DNA of 64,000 nucleotides from Candidatus Omnitrophota bacterium (GTDB lineage Bacteria; Omnitrophota; Gorgyraeia; Zapsychrales; Zapsychraceae): NCBI GenBank assembly GCA_020429915.1, contig JAGQKV010000002.1, positions 192,061 to 256,060 of the forward strand, read 5' to 3'. Shown piece by piece: positions 57,501 to 64,000 of this stretch (position 1 is its first letter; each line of letters starts with the position of its first letter). The notes under the pieces were generated by a model. It saw only the letters and a program-made list of their open reading frames with translations, ran no database searches and was not told where the DNA came from. The position numbers and the translations under genes were made by a program.

Positions 57501-59678
57501 ACTGTCCGGCGGGAGTTCGGTTAAGGCCGGCAGCCCCTGACGGACCCGTTGGGCGTTGAGCAGTTTCAGTTTGCGCGCCTTCTGGGCCTCTTCGTAGGCC
57601 TTTTGCCGGGCGGCGACGGCGGCTTCGCGCTGGGCCTGGAGTTGTTCGAGACGGGCCTGGCGAGCTTCTTCGGCCGCCTTTAAATTGGCGGCCCTGATGG
57701 CCGCCTGTTCAGCCTGATACTTCTCGAGCGCGGCCTGCTTATCGGCGGCGGCCTTGGCCCGAACGTCCTCCTGCGTCTGGGCGGCTTGCTGCGCAGCGTG
57801 TTCCTGGGCGGCCTGCGCCTCCGCCTTCATCGAGGCGCGCTGGCTTTCGGCCTCCGCCATCAGCCTGGCCAGATCATAGTCCTCCGGCGCACTGATCCGG
57901 TAGCGTTTGATCTGATCTCCGTCCCGTCCCAGATACGTGACAACGCCGTCGGTGTCGATGCCCCACGGCTGGGTCCCGCGAAAGAATTCGCCGTTGACGC
58001 TCAGCAGTTTTTTGCCGTCCGCGTACAGGACCAGCGGGGACGGCTGCCCGGGGGCCGCAGGCGGTTCGACGGTGACCCAGAAGAAGTGATTGCTGTCCGG
58101 TGTATAGACCGGAAAATATACGATGCGGCTCGTCTGATGGATCAGTTTGCCGTCCACATAGATGCCGGACTCTTCCGGATTGCCGGTATCTCCCAGCCAG
58201 GCAGCGTGTTTGCCGTCGGGACTGAAGACCACAAACGTAGTTTCCAGCGGGTCCGCGGCGATCCAGCGGCTGAATTGACGCGGTGCCATCCCCGGCACAA
58301 GGCTGCCGTCAAGCACGAGTCCGGTGACTTCGTTGCGTCCGACCGGTCCGACGAAGAATCCGTAGCGGGACCCGTCTGCATTGAATACCGGGGCGTCCAC
58401 CGGGTAATATCCCTGCGGCAAAACCGGTTGCCCGTCGATATATACTCCGAAGTTGCGGTTCATGCCGTCGCGGGTGCCGTAGGCGTAATGCGCGCCGGTC
58501 TTGGCCAGTGTGACCGGCTCCTTGCCGATCAGATAGTCGACCCGCATTTCCTGATCGTCCACCACAAGAAACGGACGTCCGCCGGATGAGATCGTATAAA
58601 GAAAATGACTGCCGTCCGGTGTCCAGAAAACATTGTTCGTCCCGACCGATTGATATTCGTTTTGTTTTTTGCCGTCGACCAGCATGTACATCGCCTTGGA
58701 GGCGGGATTCGTGCAGACCGCGGCATAGTGCTTGCCGTCCGAGCTGAACCAAACGGCTTGGACCCCGTCGCTTCCGGGGACCGGTTTGCCGTTCAGATAC
58801 AGCTCATTGATCCCCATATACCCTTCCTTGCGCTGTTGAACGATCACCGCGTACTGATCGCCGACAGGGCTCGGGAAGATCTGACCGATGCTGTTGGCCG
58901 TGATGGCCGGTTTACCGTTGATCAACAAAGACGGCTGCGGCTTGTCCGTGGTCGCGGTCGTGACGCACAGCAGGTTTTTGCCGTCCGAGGTAAAGACCGG
59001 CTGGGTGGCTGTGTAGCCGGCATCTATGCCGTCGACAACGAGCATCGACTTTTGCGCGTCATCGGGGTTGACGGCGACATAGGCGTAACGCGCCTCGTCC
59101 GGAGTGAAGACCGGCTTCATGTTTTGATTGCCGCTCCACGGCCCCGGCTTGCCGCTCATCATGATTCTCCACTTGTACCGGGAATTGATGTTTTCCGATT
59201 CCTGCCAGTAGACCTGACGGCCCTTGGGCGTAATCGTCAAGGGGCCGGAACTGAGGGCCAGCGACTTGCGCGGACCGCGAGCGATTTCCTGACCGTCGTG
59301 CACGACGATATATTCATCGCCCTGCCGGCCGACATAGGCGTAGTGTTCCCCGTCGTCACTGAAGATAACGGCGGCGGCGCCGTTAAGCACCCCGCTGCTG
59401 GTGGTACGGTAGGCCGCGGCGTTGGGCGGGAAATAATAACTGCTGCCGTGCGGCATAAAGATTTCATCCAGGATCGGACCTTCGGTTCCGTTGAAGGCGA
59501 CGTACTGGCGCGTGCCCTTCATGCCGACATACGCCACATTGGCGCCGCGGGGGCTGACGATAAAACTCCCACCTTGGGTGGCCGGTCCGAGGACCTGCTC
59601 CTCAACAAAGGCCTGGGATACAGCGGGCACTGCGACGGTGAGGGCGACAACCGCGATGGTCATACACAATTTGTTCAT
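57498..59678 (-). CDS. secreted beta-propeller (TolB/WD40-like) repeat protein with long C-terminal coiled coil
   Basis: 726 aa, signal peptide; repeated ...SPDG.H.AY... units; Ala/Gln/Glu/Lys-rich tail. Confidence 0.6.
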   Translation of the reverse strand: MNKLCMTIAVVALTVAVPAVSQAFVEEQVLGPATQGGSFIVSPRGANVAYVGMKGTRQYVAFNGTEGPILDEIFMPHGSSYYFPPNAAAYRTTSSGVLNGAAAVIFSDDGEHYAYVGRQGDEYIVVHDGQEIARGPRKSLALSSGPLTITPKGRQVYWQESENINSRYKWRIMMSGKPGPWSGNQNMKPVFTPDEARYAYVAVNPDDAQKSMLVVDGIDAGYTATQPVFTSDGKNLLCVTTATTDKPQPSLLINGKPAITANSIGQIFPSPVGDQYAVIVQQRKEGYMGINELYLNGKPVPGSDGVQAVWFSSDGKHYAAVCTNPASKAMYMLVDGKKQNEYQSVGTNNVFWTPDGSHFLYTISSGGRPFLVVDDQEMRVDYLIGKEPVTLAKTGAHYAYGTRDGMNRNFGVYIDGQPVLPQGYYPVDAPVFNADGSRYGFFVGPVGRNEVTGLVLDGSLVPGMAPRQFSRWIAADPLETTFVVFSPDGKHAAWLGDTGNPEESGIYVDGKLIHQTSRIVYFPVYTPDSNHFFWVTVEPPAAPGQPSPLVLYADGKKLLSVNGEFFRGTQPWGIDTDGVVTYLGRDGDQIKRYRISAPEDYDLARLMAEAESQRASMKAEAQAAQEHAAQQAAQTQEDVRAKAAADKQAALEKYQAEQAAIRAANLKAAEEARQARLEQLQAQREAAVAARQKAYEEAQKARKLKLLNAQRVRQGLPALTELPPDS

Positions 59679-59906
59679 TCCGTGCTCCGTTTGGACTCAA
59701 AGTCCGGTTGACAGGTTATGAGATCGAAAATGGTACGAATGGCGTGAGGCACGCCTGAAGCGAAGTGACTGTTTATCCCGTGCCTGCTCCTTTCCGCCCC
59801 CGGTTGGGAAGGCGCATGAACACTTGTTATTATGGAAGGTCGTGTTGCGAGTGACAGAAGATTATAGCGATTTCGGCAGGAATACACAAGAGGCGGGATC
59901 GGCAGG

Positions 59907-60548
59907 TTATTCTGCGCGACTGAGCCGGCAGACGATCTCCGCGGCCGGGCAGATGCCTTTGAGGCCCCCGGGGATGTCGGTCTGTTCCAGTTCCGTAATC
60001 GCGTAGTGGGCGGCGTAATGCTGTTGAACTTCCTCCAGCGGGACCGAAAACGGCGGTCCCTCCATTTGGCTTTGATCATAGGCAAAACTCAACAGCAGCT
60101 GCGGGGCCTTGGCCGTCATTTCCATAAGATGAGCGGTGTATCGCCGGCGCATGTCCGCCGGCAAGGCCACCAGGGCGGCGCGGTCGTAGACCGCATCCAC
60201 GGGGCCGACGATTTCCGCAGTTAGCTGAAAGATATCTCCGACGTAAATGTCGATACCTTGGCCGGCGTAATGACACACGGTGCCCAGCTGTGTGACGGAA
60301 GGTTCCATGGCGAGTTGTTTGAAGAGTTGCCCGATGGCCGTCGGACTCAATTCCGCGCCGGCCACGCGGTACCCTTGAGTGAGCAGCCAGCCGATGTCCA
60401 GCGTCTTGCCGCACAACGGCAGGAACACCCGTCCCCCGGTGCCCGCCTGCAGTGCAGAGAAATGCCTGGTCAGTGCGGGATTTACCTCGTCCGCGTGAAA
60501 GGCGATATTGTTGCTTTCCCAGCGTTGATGCCAGAAATTCGGGTCCAT
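59907..60548 (-). CDS. tpm: thiopurine S-methyltransferase-family protein
   Basis: MDPNFWHQRWESNNIAFHADEVNPALTRHF...VFLPLCGKTLD matches the TPMT N-terminal signature. Confidence 0.75.
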   Translation of the reverse strand: MDPNFWHQRWESNNIAFHADEVNPALTRHFSALQAGTGGRVFLPLCGKTLDIGWLLTQGYRVAGAELSPTAIGQLFKQLAMEPSVTQLGTVCHYAGQGIDIYVGDIFQLTAEIVGPVDAVYDRAALVALPADMRRRYTAHLMEMTAKAPQLLLSFAYDQSQMEGPPFSVPLEEVQQHYAAHYAITELEQTDIPGGLKGICPAAEIVCRLSRAE

Positions 60549-60570
60549 ACCTATTGGATAATCGGTGAAG

Positions 60571-60765
60571 TTAATGTTTGTCGTACGGGTCGGCCATTTT
60601 TTGGAGGACGATCGTGATCGTCTCCTCATCGATCCCTGCTTCCCGCATTAAATATTCGGCCCGGTCGAAGTCGTCGGAGTCGACCGCCGCCATAAATTCA
60701 TCGACAGCATCAATGCGGGCGAGTATCTCCAGGACTCGGGAGCCTTCAAAATGACTTTCATCCAT
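60571..60765 (-). CDS. small acidic hypothetical protein
   Basis: 64 aa; a conserved promoter module (TTGAGT-17-TATAAT at 60860-60828) lies upstream. Confidence 0.4.
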   Translation of the reverse strand: MDESHFEGSRVLEILARIDAVDEFMAAVDSDDFDRAEYLMREAGIDEETITIVLQKMADPYDKH

Positions 60766-60893
60766 ATTTTTGCCTGCCTTTGAGGAGAGATTGTCGCGGA
60801 CAGACGAAGCTGACTCGACTGTGAGAAATTATAGCCGTTTTGGCAGGGATACTCAAGCGTGGAATGCGGGTCCGGATAACCGGACCCGTATGC

Positions 60894-61655
60894 TTATGAT
60901 TCGACCGTGAGTCCGGGGCGCCGCTTGCGGATGAGCGCTCCTCCGAGCAGTCCGCCGCCGAACAGGAACATGGTAGCCGGTTCCGGCACTCTCGCCATTT
61001 CCTCGGCTTCCAACCCGGTGATCTTAAAGCGGTCAACATGTCTGTAGTAGGTGGACGTCTGGTCCGCGTTGGGCGCGATCAACAAGGCGTTTCCGGAGAT
61101 GTTGTTGAGAGCGATTTCGATGGCAGCGCTTGAACGCGAGTTAAAGACATCCATTTGCGCTCCGAATCCGAGCATGGCCAAGTCCATTTTGTCGTAACCC
61201 GTCAAATCCAGACCCGGGTCGATCGTGCCGATCCAGAAACTGACGTCACGGTCCCATGTGTTGTAGGGGTCGAGCGTGATGGTGTTAAAAAGGACCTCGC
61301 TGGTACCGCCGGTCAGAACGAACAAGGCGTAGTCGTGATCACCGTAGTTGTCGAACTGGTGCTCAGGGTTCGAACAATTCGATCCCTCGTTTCGGTTGCA
61401 AGATCCTAATCCGTAAGATGCCCATGAGCGGATGCGGGCGGATTCAAAGGTGTCGTTGGCCCCCGTGTCGGCCCAGCTGGTCGCCTTCAGGGTAACATCC
61501 CCGGAAGTGAAGGTGATGCTGTTGCCGAAGCTGCTTCCCGAGGTGACGCCGCCGGAGGTGAAATCGAAATACACCTGGGCGTGAGCGGGTGCGGCTAGGC
61601 ACAAAAGGGTTAATGTCAGTGTTAGGGTCAGTTTGCGTCGCAGAATAGTATCCAT
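60894..61655 (-). CDS. PEP-CTERM sorting-domain protein
   Basis: C-terminal VPEPATMFLFGGGLLGGALIRKRR; signal peptide. Confidence 0.8.
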   Translation of the reverse strand: MDTILRRKLTLTLTLTLLCLAAPAHAQVYFDFTSGGVTSGSSFGNSITFTSGDVTLKATSWADTGANDTFESARIRSWASYGLGSCNRNEGSNCSNPEHQFDNYGDHDYALFVLTGGTSEVLFNTITLDPYNTWDRDVSFWIGTIDPGLDLTGYDKMDLAMLGFGAQMDVFNSRSSAAIEIALNNISGNALLIAPNADQTSTYYRHVDRFKITGLEAEEMARVPEPATMFLFGGGLLGGALIRKRRPGLTVES

Positions 61656-61928
61656 GGCATCCTCATCGGCTAAGTGTGTTAATTGACGATCTGCCTAATT
61701 ATTGAGCAATATCCGTGCCGGAACCACGCTAGAGCCTATTTTTTTGCTGTTTGTATAATGTGTTGGAAGGCAAATAATTACAAGTGGCGGTTCAATATCT
61801 CCGGTTCGGCCCGGTGGACGGGCGCGGGAGATGTGGGAAAAAGTGAACAATATAGGGAGAATTCACCACACTTTGCTCCCCCAGGCCCCCTGTTCGGCCG
61901 TTTACCATGATACGGTCTAAGTCGGCCC

Positions 61929-62288
61929 TTATTCCCGGAAGAAATACAGGGCCGCGCTCAGGCCGGCTCCGACCAGGTAAATCATCAACGTGCCGCGGAC
62001 CAGGTACGGATAGACGAGCAAGGCAATGCCGATGAGCATCGGCCGCAATTCCGCGTTTTTTTTGCCGTAGATAAAGGCCACAAATCCGACCCCGCTGAAG
62101 AGCATGCCGCCGAACAGTCCCCAGGCCGAGATCCCGCCGGTCAGGCTGGCGCCCCCGGCGTCGTTGCCCGTATAGGCCTGCAGGGCCTGGCCGAGGACTT
62201 CCTGAGAATCCTGGGCCAAGGCGTTGACGGTCCGGCTTATCAAAATAGCCAATGCCGGCAGAATTGCCGCGGGGCGTCGATATCTCAT
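61929..62288 (-). CDS. small membrane/secreted hypothetical protein
   Basis: 119 aa ORF. Confidence 0.4.
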   Translation of the reverse strand: MRYRRPAAILPALAILISRTVNALAQDSQEVLGQALQAYTGNDAGGASLTGGISAWGLFGGMLFSGVGFVAFIYGKKNAELRPMLIGIALLVYPYLVRGTLMIYLVGAGLSAALYFFRE

Positions 62289-62340
62289 CCTCTATCTCCT
62301 TGGGTTGATTGCCAATATTAGTAACGGCGTGGCCGTCCTT

Positions 62341-62778
62341 CTACTCCCACCAAGTGCGGTCGATCCGGGTGACGTAATCCTTGGCGGACAACTCACACAG
62401 GATCCGGCGGTAGTCTTGATACCCCGTGTTGCCCAGGCAGGCATACTGATCCGCGTCACAGCCGATGCGCATGCCCGGCCCCCGGCGGCAGTAGATTTCA
62501 GAATCCACCTCCCTGACTTCTCGCCGGTATTGTTCATCCAACGGAATACAAAACTCGTAGTCCAGGCTGACTTTCCCGTCGGCCGGTCCGGTCAGGCCGG
62601 CGTCGTCCAAGATCTCCATGCTGAAGGTGATCTTGTCTGGCCGGCATTCGGGCGGAGCCGGCGTCGGAGCGTCCTTTTTTTGGGAACACGAGAGCGTGAA
62701 AGTCAGCGCCAGCGTCACAACCGTGACGGTCGTGATCAAATCGGATTGAAACAGCGGTGATCGATTCGTCTTCGGCAT
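62341..62778 (-). CDS. lipoprotein (hypothetical)
   Basis: LTFTLSCS lipobox. Confidence 0.5.
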   Translation of the reverse strand: MPKTNRSPLFQSDLITTVTVVTLALTFTLSCSQKKDAPTPAPPECRPDKITFSMEILDDAGLTGPADGKVSLDYEFCIPLDEQYRREVREVDSEIYCRRGPGMRIGCDADQYACLGNTGYQDYRRILCELSAKDYVTRIDRTWWE

Positions 62779-62795
62779 TTAACGGTTTGCCGTTT

Positions 62796-63347
62796 TCATG
62801 GGGCCTCCGGCAGGCGGCACATGCCCTGCGACGGGATGTCGAGGGCGGCATTAAACTTGGCGGACATGGTCTGGAAGGTGATCAGGGCCGTCAGCTCCAC
62901 GATCTGGTCGTCGCAGAATGTTTGCTTCAGACGGTTCATCAGCTCCTCGGGAATCTTGACCCCTTCCCGGCAGATCAGTTCTGTGTACTCCAAGGCGACT
63001 TTTTCTTCAGGCAAAAATTCGTCCGTCTCGCGCCACTTCTCGAGACGGACGGCTTTTTCTAATGAGTTCGTCCGCTTCAACAGATTCAGCGCGTTGAAGT
63101 CAACACAAAAGGCGCACCAGTTCAGCTGGGCCACGCGGACCTGCACCAGGGCGCGCAGCGCCGGGTCGAGCCGGGACTTCTTGCTGTCCAGCCGCGCCCA
63201 AAACAGGAAGAAGAGGATTTGCAACACGGGCAGGCGTCCCCACTGGTACCACGGCAATAAAAATTGTCCGTGCTTTCGCTCCAGCCGCCGGTAGAGCCAG
63301 CGCAGGTAGAAAGGATATTTCGTAATCGGTTTGGGATCGATATGCAT
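62796..63347 (-). CDS. carboxymuconolactone decarboxylase (AhpD-like) family protein
   Basis: LNWCAFCVDFN motif. Confidence 0.7.
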   Translation of the reverse strand: MHIDPKPITKYPFYLRWLYRRLERKHGQFLLPWYQWGRLPVLQILFFLFWARLDSKKSRLDPALRALVQVRVAQLNWCAFCVDFNALNLLKRTNSLEKAVRLEKWRETDEFLPEEKVALEYTELICREGVKIPEELMNRLKQTFCDDQIVELTALITFQTMSAKFNAALDIPSQGMCRLPEAP

Positions 63348-63375
63348 CGGTTACTGTCCCTTCCATCTCCCGCCC

Positions 63376-63846
63376 TCACGCCGATGCCGGATGTGATCCT
63401 GCCTTGAGGGCGTTTACGAGAGTCAATCCGCCGAAAAAAAGAAACCCGGCGGCAAAGGCGGTGATGACGATTTCTTTGAGCGGAATCCCGGCATTTCGTT
63501 CCGTTATCGCCCGGGTGGGATCGTCCGGATCGTAGCGGATCGCGATGGTGTCGCCGACTCGGGTTTCCCCGACGTTCTGAGCCGACGGATTTGCATCAAA
63601 GGTGTGCGCGTTTCCTTGCCCGTCAAAATAACGAACGACCGGTATCTGCGGGGTGTCACCACTGGTTTTCTTAAAGGCGATCACCGCGGCCTGCGCCCGG
63701 AGAGCCCGGGATAAAAATACCTGACGAACGCTCCAGACCTCCCAGGCGAAGTAGCTGAGGATACAGCCGACCAGTAAAATGAGGATCGCGATCAGGAGGG
63801 CCTGACGCCGCGTCGGTTGAAGCGCCTTAGCCCTTTTTGTCGTCAC
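63376..63846 (-). CDS. DUF3592-like membrane protein
   Basis: 156 aa ORF. Confidence 0.5.
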   Translation of the reverse strand: MTTKRAKALQPTRRQALLIAILILLVGCILSYFAWEVWSVRQVFLSRALRAQAAVIAFKKTSGDTPQIPVVRYFDGQGNAHTFDANPSAQNVGETRVGDTIAIRYDPDDPTRAITERNAGIPLKEIVITAFAAGFLFFGGLTLVNALKAGSHPASA

Positions 63847-64000
63847 CCTGCTGGTTTCCTTGGGGCTTGTTCGCAGCGCCCGGGGTGCTATCCCAAGGCA
63901 ACGAGACCTTTTTGTTCCGTTCGATGAGATAATACGCCAGCGCCGGGACGGCGAAGAGTTTGACTCCGAAAATGATCAGAAACAACCAGATCGTCTTGTC
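63827..64000 (-). CDS. C-terminal fragment of a membrane protein continuing beyond the window end
   Basis: Reverse-strand frame is open from the window edge to a TAA at 63827-63829: ...DKTIWLFLIIFGVKLFAVPALAYYLIERNKK... Confidence 0.3.
   Translation of the reverse strand, partial: DKTIWLFLIIFGVKLFAVPALAYYLIERNKKVSLPWDSTPGAANKPQGNQQGDDKKG

Overview
This 64 kb window is from a bacterial chromosome of moderate-to-high GC. It contains two conspicuous AT-rich islands (about 4.9-13.2 kb and 43.0-44.3 kb). Almost every gene is on the minus strand; I can support only one plus-strand gene (49191-50045). The dominant feature is a two-partner secretion (TPS) locus read on the minus strand: a ShlB/FhaC-type TpsB transporter (36261-37937) whose stop overlaps the start of a 4486-aa FhaB-like TpsA exoprotein (22804-36264). 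Four co-oriented small envelope genes follow it: a SurA-N-like anchored chaperone, a HAMP-domain membrane protein, a secreted HExxH protein, and an Hcp-family protein that unusually carries a Sec signal peptide. A 303-aa membrane protein comes next. I consider this accessory module the best candidate for an undescribed system. The rest of the window holds an NAD cluster (nadA partial, pncA, pncB), miaB, a class B radical SAM enzyme, an OXA-type class D beta-lactamase, Fic, ArsR with an SRPBCC partner, two GNATs, several SAM-methyltransferases, two PEP-CTERM proteins, and many secreted or membrane hypotheticals. Non-coding structure is rich. A composite repeat family built from TTCGAA and CTCGAG palindromic modules occurs at least 6 times; it flanks a four-helix-bundle gene as inverted copies and a TMEM175-like channel gene as direct copies. 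A strongly conserved sigma70-type promoter module (TTGNNN-17-TATAAT with a shared spacer) recurs at least 7 times, twice positioned for leaderless translation. There are also several perfect palindromes, duplicated intergenic modules and one gene-fragment duplication. I found no tRNA, rRNA or CRISPR array.
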